Source: Thermodesulfobacteriota bacterium (GTDB taxonomy: Bacteria > Desulfobacterota_D > UBA1144 > Nemesobacterales > UBA2774). From it: a DNA stretch of 64,000 bases. Shown here one piece after another: positions 30,154 through 39,923 of this stretch. Below the pieces are notes generated by a model, which made no database searches, was not told the DNA's origin, and saw nothing but the letters and a program-made list of their open reading frames with translations. Every line of letters starts with the position of its first letter. The stretch's first letter is position 1. Position numbers and translations under genes: made by a program. The stretch covers positions 2,304,001-2,368,000 of the forward strand of contig OZ244197.1 in assembly GCA_965216785.1 (NCBI GenBank), written 5' to 3'.

Positions 30154-30277
30154 TGATTGTTAGAGGTTAAATAAGGCATGTTAGGTGAATACTTAGCTAT
30201 AGTTCAAGTAACATCTTAAGAAATAAAGGTAACATATTGATAACATATAGTAATTAGCTGGTTCTAGGGTAAATACA

Positions 30278-31030
30278 ATGCCCGAATTCGACTTTTCAAT
30301 ACCTCCTGAGTATTACCGTTACTATGTCATGTCGGGCATAGTTCTCGCGGCAGTCTGGTGCTTTTTCGGATACAAAATCTTCAGGTTCGTTCTGGGTATT
30401 CTAGGGTTTATTGTGGGCGCGTTGGCCGCGGGCGCAATCGGATACGAGTTCTCTGAGGGAAGAGAGATGATCGCAATTGCCTCCGCCATAGTGGGCGGTC
30501 TCCTCGGCGCAGGCGTAATGTTTGTGCTTTATCTCCTGGGAGTATTTGTAATCGGAGCCGTATTAGGCGCTCTAATCGCCCTTTCAGTGCTCACCTATCT
30601 GGGCCGGGAGCCCGAGTATCTTACCATTATCATTACAGGGGCTGTAACCGGAGTTATAGCCCTGTTTATAAAGCGTTTTATGATTATACTCGCCACATCG
30701 TTTACCGGCGCGTGGGCTGTGGTCACAGGTTTTACCTATTTTGTGAAAGATAAATTCGACCCGCTCGACCCCCAGTCCGTATTCAGCATGGGGGAGGACC
30801 CGGTTTACCGCTTCCTGATGGTATGGTTCGGTCTTTCGGTAGCCGGTTTTACAGTCCAGTACATAACCTCTGTCAAAGATTATAAACCTGAGTCTGAGCC
30901 CGAGGCCGAAGAGGACGAATCCGGTCCCGTGGATAATGAGATTATTGAGCTGGATGAGCCATATGACGAGCCGGATATAACGACAATTTCAGATCCTCCC
31001 TCCGATCCTGGAGATACAGGTAAAGAGTAG
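30278..31030 (+). CDS. TMEM198/DUF4203-like membrane protein with acidic tail
   Basis: 'CFFGYKIFR', Gly-rich TM helices, 'ILATSFTGA'. Confidence 0.7.
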   Translation: MPEFDFSIPPEYYRYYVMSGIVLAAVWCFFGYKIFRFVLGILGFIVGALAAGAIGYEFSEGREMIAIASAIVGGLLGAGVMFVLYLLGVFVIGAVLGALIALSVLTYLGREPEYLTIIITGAVTGVIALFIKRFMIILATSFTGAWAVVTGFTYFVKDKFDPLDPQSVFSMGEDPVYRFLMVWFGLSVAGFTVQYITSVKDYKPESEPEAEEDESGPVDNEIIELDEPYDEPDITTISDPPSDPGDTGKE

Positions 31031-31182
31031 GCAGGGCAGAATCACTCCTTGCCGAAAGAACCCTTCATAATACAAAGGCATCACAATATTTACATAGTGA
31101 GTAAAAATGGTTTAAGTTCCTGAAATGCTGGGTATGATATAGTCCGGATATCGGTTCTCGGCAGAATAGTGAATTAGGAAAA

Positions 31183-31833
31183 ATGGATATGGGTAAATAC
31201 GCATCAGCACTATTTACAGCAATAATCGGAATTTTAATTTTAGGGTCTGTTATCTCTCTTGCGGATCAAGAGATAGTTGAACTTCCCATTAACAGCGCTC
31301 AAGACATTGTCTCGAGCGGCTCTGTCCGGATAGACCCTGAAAGCGAAAACGCGCTTCTTGTAAATTCAGACGGTAAAAAAGAAATCGAGCTCTTTGATAT
31401 AGAAGGTACGGGCCTTGGTGATAAAAAACTCACCTACAGCGCCGTAATGCGCACAAAAGACCTTACGTCTACCGACGACACCAGGGGTATAGCGTATCTG
31501 GAGTTAACCGTACTCTTCCCTGACGGTGAAGAGCTGGTAGCCCGCGGCCCCAGAGTCCCTCTGTCCGGCACGACAGAGTGGAGGTCCGCAGAGACTGTTC
31601 TGTACGTAGACAAGGGCGGGGATCCACAAAATGTCAGTTTGGATCTTATCGTAGACGGAGCGGGAAAAGTGTGGCTTCAGGACGTCAGGCTCAGCACTCG
31701 TCCGCTAAGGACAGACTATCTTTTCTGGGGACACGTAGTTGTTTGGATCGTCCTCATAATATATATTTATCACTTGATAAGAAAGCAGGGCAGGCTCACA
31801 AGAGAGCTTAGGTCTCTTAAGAGCGGAGCTTGA
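31183..31833 (+). CDS. Secreted beta-rich domain fused to a C-terminal CcmD-like segment
   Basis: N-terminal signal/TM; C-terminus 'DYLFWGHVVVWIVLIIYIYHLIRKQGRLTRELRSLK'; directly upstream of ccmE. Confidence 0.62.
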   Translation: MDMGKYASALFTAIIGILILGSVISLADQEIVELPINSAQDIVSSGSVRIDPESENALLVNSDGKKEIELFDIEGTGLGDKKLTYSAVMRTKDLTSTDDTRGIAYLELTVLFPDGEELVARGPRVPLSGTTEWRSAETVLYVDKGGDPQNVSLDLIVDGAGKVWLQDVRLSTRPLRTDYLFWGHVVVWIVLIIYIYHLIRKQGRLTRELRSLKSGA

Positions 31834-31863
31834 TTTTTTAATGAAATTGGCGCGGATAATATT

Positions 31864-32310
31864 ATGCTAAAAGGCAAACTAAAATTCATAATAGCTATTG
31901 CGGTAATCGCTCTTACGGTCAGCTATCTCGTCTATGCCGGCGTAAAGGATACTATGGTCTATTACCTCACTGTGGAAGAGCTAAAAGATCAGGTGCCTGA
32001 TGTTTACGATGACCGTGTTAGGGTCTCCGGAATTGTGGTTCCGGGAACCATCACTCAAAAAACCGGCGAGCCTCTTACCTTTACCATAAAAGACGGCGAG
32101 GAGACTGTGGATATTACCTATGAGGGTATTGTCCCCGATATTTTCAGGGACGATGTGGAAGCTGTAGTGGAGGGTGTATACACCCCCGACAATATCTTCG
32201 TTGCGGACACGCTGCTCGCGAAGTGTCCCACAAAATATGAATCGACAGATTCACTCTACCAGGAGGCCGCAAAGGACGGCGGTCAGTATAAAGAGGGTAA
32301 ACCTTACTGA
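31864..32310 (+). CDS. ccmE: Heme chaperone CcmE, CxxxY (System I*) type
   Basis: 'VYYLTVEEL', 'YEGIVPDIF', 'LLAKCPTKY'. Confidence 0.92.
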   Translation: MLKGKLKFIIAIAVIALTVSYLVYAGVKDTMVYYLTVEELKDQVPDVYDDRVRVSGIVVPGTITQKTGEPLTFTIKDGEETVDITYEGIVPDIFRDDVEAVVEGVYTPDNIFVADTLLAKCPTKYESTDSLYQEAAKDGGQYKEGKPY

Positions 32311-34316
32311 TGGTAGAGATTGGCTCTATCTCCATATTACTTTCATTCTTAGTATCTGTTTACGTGCTGGCAGCGTCGCTCTACGGCGTTAAAGCCCGGA
32401 GGCGGGACTTCGTTAAGAGCGCAGAGAACGGGGCCATCGCGGTTTTTGTCCTCATTCTGATCGCCACAGCCGTGCTCCTGTACTCGCTCATAAACCTTGA
32501 TTTCAGCCTAAAGTACGTCGCTCTTAACACAAGCACCGATCTTGCAGTTATTTACCGTATTACCTCACTCTGGGCAGGGCAGGCGGGATCTTTACTGCTC
32601 TGGTGTCTCGTTCTGGCTTTTTACACGGTTCTGGTCGTGATAGAGGGCAGGAATAAAAACCGTGAGCTCATGCCCTACGTCACAGCCACACTTTCTGTTG
32701 TGCTGATATTCTTTATTTTCATCGTAGGGTTTGTAGAAAGCCCTTTTGAAAAACTACCCTTTACCCCAGTGCAGGGGAACGGGCTTAACCCGATACTACA
32801 AAACGCTTATATGGCCATCCACCCGGTTACGCTTTATCTTGGCTACGTCGGTGTCACTGTGCCGTTTGCCTTTGCCATGGGAGCGCTCCTTTCCGGAAGG
32901 CTCGGGGACGAATGGATAAGGCTCTCGCGCAAATGGGCGCTTATCGCCTGGACGTTCCTTGCCGTCGGTCTTCTGCTCGGCGCCCGCTGGGCGTATCTTG
33001 AGCTAGGGTGGGGCGGCTACTGGGCTTGGGACCCTGTAGAGAACGCGGCCTTTATGCCCTGGCTCGCGGCGACCGCTTTCATTCACTCCGTCATGATCCA
33101 GGAAAAAAAAGGCATGCTCAAGAAATGGAATATGATACTTATCATACTGACGTTCTTCCTTTCCATCTTCGGCACATTTATCACCAGGAGCGGCATCATC
33201 TCCTCAGTACACTCGTTCGCTCAATCGGATATAGGCCCGCTGTTCCTCGGGTTCATCGCGTTTATTCTCCTGTTTTCGTTCGCTATTTTTCTCTACCGCT
33301 CAAAGGAGCTTGAGAGTGAGAACCAGTTTGACTCGATCCTCTCAAGAGAGAGCGCGTTCATATTCAACAATTTACTTTTTCTGGGAGCTGCGTTCACCGT
33401 ATTCCTCGGCACCATATTCCCCATACTTTCTGAGGCTGTAGTAGGGCATAAGATCCTTGTAGGCTCTCCGTACTTTAACGCGGTGAATGTGCCGATCGCG
33501 CTCGTGCTGATATTCCTCATGGGCGTCGGCCCTGTGATATCGTGGCGCAAAGCCTCGAGAGAAAACCTGATAAAGAACTTCATGTACCCTGTCATACTCT
33601 CGGTGCTCACTGCGCTTGTACTCGTAGTACTCGGCATAAGAGACGTTACGGCTGTCCTTTCATACGCGCTCTGCATGTTCGTTACGGCGACGGTATTAAC
33701 AGAATTCATCAAAGGCGTAAGGGTGCGGAGCAAGAGGGGCGAGAACCCACTGCTCGCTTTCACCAGGTTAGTCTCAAGGAATAAAAGGCGTTACGGGGGC
33801 TATATCGTCCACCTGGGCGTAGTTCTCATAGTAGTAGGCGTCACCTCTTCGTCCGTGTTCGTGACAGAAAAACTCGTAACACTGAGCGAGGGAGAATCCG
33901 CGACCATTCGGGACTACACTCTCACCTTTAACGGTCTGGAGCAGTATACGACGGACGCGAAGAACGCGACTACGGCAGAGCTTTCTGTGTTTAAAGGACA
34001 AAATGACCTTGGTGTAATGGTCCCGGAGAAGAACCTCTATAAATACGAAGGCAACCGTGAGATCAATCAGGAGACCGAGGTTGCTCTCCGCTCCACTTTT
34101 ACGGACGATCTGTATCTTATCCTGAGTAACGTCGGCACGGACGGTACAGCTTCGTTCAGGGTCATCATAAACCCGATGGTAAGCTGGATATGGGCGGGCG
34201 GCGTAGTGCTGCTCCTTGGAGCGATCGTCACTATGTGGCCTTCGGGTAGAAAAAAGAGAGAGGAAGTATTCATAAGATACTCACTGGGTGAGAAGGACAT
34301 TACCGCAAAGGCATAA
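32310..34316 (+). CDS. ccmF: Heme lyase CcmF
   Basis: 'WAGQAGSLLLW', 'GLNPILQ', 'WAYLELGWGGYWAWDPVENA', 'TRSGIISSVHSFA'. Confidence 0.95.
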   Translation: MVEIGSISILLSFLVSVYVLAASLYGVKARRRDFVKSAENGAIAVFVLILIATAVLLYSLINLDFSLKYVALNTSTDLAVIYRITSLWAGQAGSLLLWCLVLAFYTVLVVIEGRNKNRELMPYVTATLSVVLIFFIFIVGFVESPFEKLPFTPVQGNGLNPILQNAYMAIHPVTLYLGYVGVTVPFAFAMGALLSGRLGDEWIRLSRKWALIAWTFLAVGLLLGARWAYLELGWGGYWAWDPVENAAFMPWLAATAFIHSVMIQEKKGMLKKWNMILIILTFFLSIFGTFITRSGIISSVHSFAQSDIGPLFLGFIAFILLFSFAIFLYRSKELESENQFDSILSRESAFIFNNLLFLGAAFTVFLGTIFPILSEAVVGHKILVGSPYFNAVNVPIALVLIFLMGVGPVISWRKASRENLIKNFMYPVILSVLTALVLVVLGIRDVTAVLSYALCMFVTATVLTEFIKGVRVRSKRGENPLLAFTRLVSRNKRRYGGYIVHLGVVLIVVGVTSSSVFVTEKLVTLSEGESATIRDYTLTFNGLEQYTTDAKNATTAELSVFKGQNDLGVMVPEKNLYKYEGNREINQETEVALRSTFTDDLYLILSNVGTDGTASFRVIINPMVSWIWAGGVVLLLGAIVTMWPSGRKKREEVFIRYSLGEKDITAKA

Positions 34317-34374
34317 TTAACTAAGTCGGGCCCACTAAGGCAATACACAAGCTAAGGATAAAATAGGAATCAAT

Positions 34375-34908
34375 TTGGAAACACTAATAGTACTTTTTAT
34401 ATCGGGTCTTACGGCTTTATTCATTGCGCTTCCATTCTTCATCGGGAAAAGGGGCGAGGGCCTAGACAATATGAATACAGGCGGTACTGTAGATCCGGTC
34501 CATAAGCGCCTGAAAGCGCTTCACGCTCGTAAGGAGTCCCTATACTCCGCCATAAGAGATATTGATCTCGATTACGGTCTCGGGAAGCTTACGGAGGGCG
34601 ACTACGAAGAGCTGAGGCAAAAGTACAGAGTAGAGGCCGCCTCCGTGCTAAAAGAGATTGACGCTTTAGCCAAGGACCCGGTCGCGGGTGGTTTGGATGC
34701 CGAGATTGAAAGCGAAATTAAAAAGACAAGGACAGCGGTATCTCATAACCCGCAGGAAAATGAGATTGAAAACGAGATATTGAAGGCGAGAAAATCTATC
34801 CACTCAGAGTTCTCGGCCCCAAAGGGCTTAAGCTGTAAAGAGTGTGGTAATACATATACGGAAGATGATCTTTTCTGCTCCAAATGCGGAGCTAAATTAA
34901 ACGGATAA
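34375..34908 (+). CDS. CcmI-N-like membrane protein with C-terminal zinc ribbon
   Basis: N-terminal TM, 'AIRDIDLDYGLGKLTEGDYEELR', CKEC...CSKC. Confidence 0.7.
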   Translation: METLIVLFISGLTALFIALPFFIGKRGEGLDNMNTGGTVDPVHKRLKALHARKESLYSAIRDIDLDYGLGKLTEGDYEELRQKYRVEAASVLKEIDALAKDPVAGGLDAEIESEIKKTRTAVSHNPQENEIENEILKARKSIHSEFSAPKGLSCKECGNTYTEDDLFCSKCGAKLNG

Positions 34909-34910
34909 AT

Positions 34911-36416
34911 ATGAATATGGATAATCGAATACTAAGCGCGCTTACTTTATTGGTTCTGCTGCTGGCATCCTTCGCTCAGGCCCCGGTATCACATGCTCAA
35001 GGCGAGCCCCCTCAGGCCTCGGGCGGGGAGCTCTTTGTTCAGTACCGCTGCGTCAGGTGCCACACCATAGGCAGGGGCGTATTCGTCGGCCCCGATCTAA
35101 AAGGAGTGGGAGACAGGTACACAAAAGCTGAGATACTGAGGTGGATTGAGAACCCGCAGCTCATTTACAGCTCGAGCGGCAAGATGCCGGTAAACCCTGG
35201 TTTTCCTCCAATGCCGCCCATGCAGGTGCCTCCTCAAGTCGTCGAACCCATAGCTGAATATATTCTCTCCGCAAAGCCAGATGACGGTCCACAGGGCGGA
35301 GGAACGATAACGGGTAAGGTAGTAAACGGCGGAGACGGAGCCGTGAGGCCCGGAGTAAATGTTACCATCACACCGTTCATGGGGGATGTAGCGGGCACAC
35401 CGCAAACAATAACCTCAAGCGCCCAAGGGGATTTCACATTTACAGAGCTGCCCTGGAACAGAAGTTATGTGATAACGATTAACTACAAGGGCGCCGAGTA
35501 TTCCACAGACAAAATGGTGTTTAACCCCGGCGAAGATAAAAAGGCCCTTGATCTCCCGGTGTTTGAGCCCTCGCTTAGCGATGAGAACATAAGCGTCGAA
35601 GAGGCGCATCTTATCGTGCAGGTTCTTGACGGCAGCGTTACTGTGGCTGACCTCAAAGTGTTCAGCAACAAAGGCGATACGATTTATATAGGGGGCAAAG
35701 AGCTCTCGGACGGCCGGAAGGAATCGGTCAGATACAGCCTTCCTGAGGGGGCTTTCAACATAAACTTCATTCACGGCTTGGACAAAGAGGGCGTTGTAAC
35801 AACAGATACCGGTTTTTCAGATACAAAGAGCATCCTCCCGGGGCCCAGTAGGGCAGTCTTTTCCTACAACGTTCCCCTGGACCCCAAAAATACCGTAATA
35901 GATAAAACTATCCTATATCCGACTTCGACTTTTTTGCTGCTGATTCTGGAAACCGATAACGAATTTACGGTCAAGGGACTTAGCAAGCAAGAGCCGGTTG
36001 TAATAAATAATGAAAAGTTTCTCAAATGGACAGGCTCTGAGCTTGCAGCCGGGAGCGAAGTTGTGATCGAGATTAAATCCGCTCTTTCCTCTCAAGGAGA
36101 CTATGTTAAATGGGCCGCTCTGGGACTCTTAGCGCTCATAATCGTTGCCGGGGTCATTTATTCTATGTTTAGAAAAAATGAAGGGGGCACGGGTTCGGAT
36201 GGAGCGACGGAAGAATCCAAAGGTGAAGAATCTCAGGATGAAGAGTCGGATTTACTGCAGAAGCGCGGCGCGTTAATTCAGGAGATTGCCGCTCTCGATG
36301 ACAGGAACGAGTCGGGTAATATAGATCAATCCGAGTATAAAGAGCGTAGAGAAGAAAAGAAGAATGAGCTTTTGGAAATTACACGGAGACTGCGTGCTAC
36401 TCACAAGTCTCCGTAG
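34911..36416 (+). CDS. Membrane-anchored c-type cytochrome with carboxypeptidase-regulatory-like domain and CcmI-like tail
   Basis: Signal peptide, CVRCH plus 'GPDL' and Met ligand candidates, beta-sandwich region, TM, 'LIQEIAALDDRNESGNIDQSEY'. Confidence 0.72.
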   Translation: MNMDNRILSALTLLVLLLASFAQAPVSHAQGEPPQASGGELFVQYRCVRCHTIGRGVFVGPDLKGVGDRYTKAEILRWIENPQLIYSSSGKMPVNPGFPPMPPMQVPPQVVEPIAEYILSAKPDDGPQGGGTITGKVVNGGDGAVRPGVNVTITPFMGDVAGTPQTITSSAQGDFTFTELPWNRSYVITINYKGAEYSTDKMVFNPGEDKKALDLPVFEPSLSDENISVEEAHLIVQVLDGSVTVADLKVFSNKGDTIYIGGKELSDGRKESVRYSLPEGAFNINFIHGLDKEGVVTTDTGFSDTKSILPGPSRAVFSYNVPLDPKNTVIDKTILYPTSTFLLLILETDNEFTVKGLSKQEPVVINNEKFLKWTGSELAAGSEVVIEIKSALSSQGDYVKWAALGLLALIIVAGVIYSMFRKNEGGTGSDGATEESKGEESQDEESDLLQKRGALIQEIAALDDRNESGNIDQSEYKERREEKKNELLEITRRLRATHKSP

Positions 36417-37123
36417 ATAAACTGTAGAATAGAAAGAACCGAGACACTTGCGGTCTCGGTTCTAAGTACTCTGGGACCCAGACCCAGAGAGATGAAACCC
36501 ATTTCTTTAGCAAGGAGGACTTCATTGTCCGTAAACCCACCTTCCGGACCTATAAATAATATAATATTTTGGGGCGCTTGTAAAGTACTTTTAAGATGAT
36601 TTTTGACAGGTAGCTCAGTATTTACATGAAGTATTATCTGCATATCCTTGCTATCACTAGATAATAGTGCGGTTTTAAAGTCTAAAGTATTTTCGATAAC
36701 CGTGGGTTTGGTCCTTCCGCACTGCTTAGAGGCCTCTACGGCTATCTTTTCCCACCTCTTATGCCTGTCCCTTGAATGGGTCTGAACTCTCTCGGTAATT
36801 AAGGGAACCACTGCGCTTACCCCAAGCTCAGTCGCCTTCTCGACAATATAGTCCATCTTATCGCCCTTAGCCAAACCCTGATAAAGTGTAATGTTCAGAG
36901 GGGACTCTCTTTCTACTTTCTCACTTGCGTAAATCTCTACCTCAAGCTCGTTCTTTCCTATACTCGAGATCTTCCCGTAATATTCCATAGAGTCACGGTC
37001 AAAGAGCGTAATGTCGTCCCCGGCTCTTAGCCTCAGCACTTTTACAATGTGCTTTTGGTCAGGGCCGGAAATTACCGCCTTATTATCTTTTACACAATTT
37101 TTTTCTACTGGGAATCGCGGCAT
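36401..37123 (-). CDS. rsmE: 16S rRNA m3U1498 methyltransferase
   Basis: 'HIVKVLRL', 'KATELGV', 'EASKQCGR', 'IGPEGG', 'LGPRVLRTETA'. Confidence 0.95.
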   Translation of the reverse strand: MPRFPVEKNCVKDNKAVISGPDQKHIVKVLRLRAGDDITLFDRDSMEYYGKISSIGKNELEVEIYASEKVERESPLNITLYQGLAKGDKMDYIVEKATELGVSAVVPLITERVQTHSRDRHKRWEKIAVEASKQCGRTKPTVIENTLDFKTALLSSDSKDMQIILHVNTELPVKNHLKSTLQAPQNIILFIGPEGGFTDNEVLLAKEMGFISLGLGPRVLRTETASVSVLSILQFIYGDL

Positions 37124-37153
37124 TTTACACCTGATCTGGATTAGATGAGACAG

Positions 37154-38671
37154 TTATTGAGAAAAGTGCTCCGATATAGCCTGGGAAAGAGCTTCTACAG
37201 TATATTTATCCGGCATTATCTCAGTATCGTACCCAAGCTCCCTCACCGTACCGGCTGTGATCGGCCCGATGCAGGCGATCACCGTATCTTTTGGAATTTT
37301 CCCTACCTGATCGAAAAAATTACGCGCGGTCGAGGAGCTGGTGAACGTTACCACATCGATCTCTCCGTCTTTAATAAGCTTTTTAATCCTCTTTGTATCA
37401 CTGCTGGGCGGCTGCACGGTTTCGTAGGAAGGGGCGACATCCACAATTGCCCCCATTCGTCTAAGCGTATCCGGCAGTATGGTTCGAGCCGCTTTAGCCC
37501 TTGGGACAAGAAATCTACGGCCCTCTACCTGCATGCCTGCGAATATCTCAATCAGCCCTTCGGCTCTGAAGTCCACGGGTACTTCGTCAACGCCGATACC
37601 GGCTCGTTCGAGCGACTCGGCTGTCTTTTCCCCGATTGCGGCTACCTTTATCCCGTAGAGCTCTCTTAAATCTTTTCCCTTCTCTCTCAGCCTTTTCAGA
37701 AACGCCGTTACACCGTTTACACTCGTGAACAATATCCAGTCATACTCCCTAAGGTTCTTTATAGCGCTGTCGAGCGCTCTGAAGCTTCCCGGCGCTGTGA
37801 TCTCTATCGTGGGATACTCGATAGCCCGGGCGCCTTCAGATTCGAGGAGACGCACGAAGCGCTCGGCCTGTTTTTTCGGTCTTGTGACCAGTATGTTTTT
37901 TGAAAAGAGCGGTTTTGTTTCGTACCAGCTCGCTATATCTCTTAGAGCTACAACGCCTCCGACCACCAAAATCGCGGGCGCACCCACGTCCTTTCTTTCT
38001 TTGGCTTTTCCGGCTATATCTCCCACCGTACCCGTGACCGTGACCTGCGAGGGGTAGGTGCCCCAGGTGATAATAGCGGCCGGCGTGTTCTTGTCTTTTC
38101 CTGCTTTAACGAGCCTTTTCATATTTTTTGCAAGGTTTCTGACCCCCATCAGGAATACCACCGTGCCTATCTCTGAAAGCGCTTTCCAGGGAACAGAGGT
38201 CTCGTCTTTCCCAGGGTTCTCGTGGCCCGTAACGACCGCGAATGACGACGTGTGGTCTCTATGCGTAAGCGCGATTCCAGCGTACGCGGGCACAGAAGAT
38301 GCGGAAGTTACTCCCGGCACAATCTCAAAGGCAATATTCTCTTTATGAAGGGCTTCAGCCTCCTCGCCGCCGCGTCCGAAAACAAAAGGGTCGCCACCCT
38401 TTAGCCGGGCAACGGTATTCGCTTCCCCGGCGTATTTAGCCAAAAGAGCGTTTATATCCTTTTGGGAAACTTCTTTCTTCCCGGCTTTTTTCCCGACATA
38501 GATGATCTTTGCGCCGTCTTTAGCGTGCTTGAGCAGAGCGGGATTCACAAGGTAATCGTAGACTATGACGTCCGCGCTCTCTAGAATCTCCTTCCCTTTA
38601 ATGGTTAAAAGCCCGGGGTCTCCGGGCCCTGCCCCAATCAGATAAACAACTCCGCTCTTTTTTATGGCCAT
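37154..38671 (-). CDS. cobA: Uroporphyrinogen-III C-methyltransferase / uroporphyrinogen-III synthase fusion (CobA/HemD)
   Basis: 'VYLIGAGPGDPGLLT', 'RLKGGDPFVFGRGGEE', then HemD 'ILVTRP', 'FTSVNGV', 'FTSSST', 'CIGPIT'. Start at MAIKK. Confidence 0.92.
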   Translation of the reverse strand: MAIKKSGVVYLIGAGPGDPGLLTIKGKEILESADVIVYDYLVNPALLKHAKDGAKIIYVGKKAGKKEVSQKDINALLAKYAGEANTVARLKGGDPFVFGRGGEEAEALHKENIAFEIVPGVTSASSVPAYAGIALTHRDHTSSFAVVTGHENPGKDETSVPWKALSEIGTVVFLMGVRNLAKNMKRLVKAGKDKNTPAAIITWGTYPSQVTVTGTVGDIAGKAKERKDVGAPAILVVGGVVALRDIASWYETKPLFSKNILVTRPKKQAERFVRLLESEGARAIEYPTIEITAPGSFRALDSAIKNLREYDWILFTSVNGVTAFLKRLREKGKDLRELYGIKVAAIGEKTAESLERAGIGVDEVPVDFRAEGLIEIFAGMQVEGRRFLVPRAKAARTILPDTLRRMGAIVDVAPSYETVQPPSSDTKRIKKLIKDGEIDVVTFTSSSTARNFFDQVGKIPKDTVIACIGPITAGTVRELGYDTEIMPDKYTVEALSQAISEHFSQ

Positions 38672-38886
38672 AATAGAAAGAAAACCGAAGCTCGTATATA
38701 AAGTCAAGAAATACAGCAGTGGCTGAGCGGCATAGGAGCGCGGAGATAAAAACAATATAGCTTAGCGAGGGGTTATTTACCCGGCCAAAAAATTCCTATA
38801 TCATGTTAGTATAATCATGGCAGCGGTTTTGGGTTAAAATGAGAAGCGAACCGGGAGTGAGATTTATTAGAGAGGAGGACAGTAAT

Positions 38887-39504
38887 ATGCTCGTACGCGA
38901 TTATATGACAAAAAAACCCACCACGGTAAGTCCTGAAGACCTGGCGGAAAAAGTTTATGTGATGATGAAAAAAGAAAATGTCAGACAGGTCCCTGTAGTC
39001 AAAAAAGGAGACCTTGTGGGCATCTTAACCATAGGCGACATAGAGGCGTTTATGGGCAGGGGCACAGAGCTCAAGGTTAAAGACGCTATGATCACAAACC
39101 CTCTTACTATCCTCGATTATGCCTCGGTTGAAGGGGCGGCGGAGATAATGAGGAGCAGAAAATTTAACGCTCTTCCGGTAGTAAACAATAAGAACGATCT
39201 TGTGGGCATAATAAGCGTGACTGACATTCTGGACGCCTTTCTCAATATGCTCAGCTTTCACGAAAAGCCCATCAGGCTCGAAGTCAACCTGGGGGATGAC
39301 GTAGGGCTTTTTGACGTGCTGTCAGTAGTACAATCAAACTCAGAGAAAGTTATTTCCTTCAGCGCGGCCACCCTGGACAGAAAGGTCTACTACTTCTGGG
39401 TCGTAAACTGCCGCTTCGGACATGTGCAAAAAGAGCTCGGGAAAATGGGCTGCACCTCAAACATCGTGTTCTCGGAAAGAGAAAACGAAGAATCACTTCG
39501 TTAG
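38887..39504 (+). CDS. CBS-pair protein (AcuB-like)
   Basis: Two CBS repeats plus an ACT-like C-terminus; GAGGAGG RBS. Confidence 0.8.
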   Translation: MLVRDYMTKKPTTVSPEDLAEKVYVMMKKENVRQVPVVKKGDLVGILTIGDIEAFMGRGTELKVKDAMITNPLTILDYASVEGAAEIMRSRKFNALPVVNNKNDLVGIISVTDILDAFLNMLSFHEKPIRLEVNLGDDVGLFDVLSVVQSNSEKVISFSAATLDRKVYYFWVVNCRFGHVQKELGKMGCTSNIVFSERENEESLR

Positions 39505-39542
39505 GATGCCTAAATTTTATATCCTGGTATAATTACGCTGAT

Positions 39543-39923
39543 ATGGAATCAGAAGATCTGGAATACATACTCGACCACTATAAGAATCCCAGGAACTACG
39601 GGACCCTTGAAGACCCGGACCTGAGCTATGAAGAGGGTATACCCTCTTGCGGCGATCTCATCAGGCTCGACGTCAAGCTCGACGGCGAAAAGGTAGAAGA
39701 CCTAAAGTTCTCCGGCACAGGGTGCGCCATAAGTCAGGCCTCCGTGTCGATACTAACAGAACAGGTAGCCGGTAAAGAGCTAAAAGAGATCACCGAGCTT
39801 ACCGATCAGGATATGCTCGACGCGCTCGGGAGAAGGATTTCACCCATAAGGTTTAAATGCGCGCTACTTGGGCTTAACGTGCTCAAAAAGGCCATAGCCC
39901 ACAAAAACAATAACGGGGGTTAA
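39543..39923 (+). CDS. sufU: SUF/NifU-type Fe-S scaffold
   Basis: 'LDHYKNPRNYG', 'SCGD', 'GCAISQAS', 'RFKCALL'. Confidence 0.88.
   Translation: MESEDLEYILDHYKNPRNYGTLEDPDLSYEEGIPSCGDLIRLDVKLDGEKVEDLKFSGTGCAISQASVSILTEQVAGKELKEITELTDQDMLDALGRRISPIRFKCALLGLNVLKKAIAHKNNNGG

Noticed and set aside
30178-30219. Tiny ORF MLGEYLAIVQVTS* after ccmC as a standalone ccmD
   Set aside because: Only 13 codons, with no TM or basic tail.
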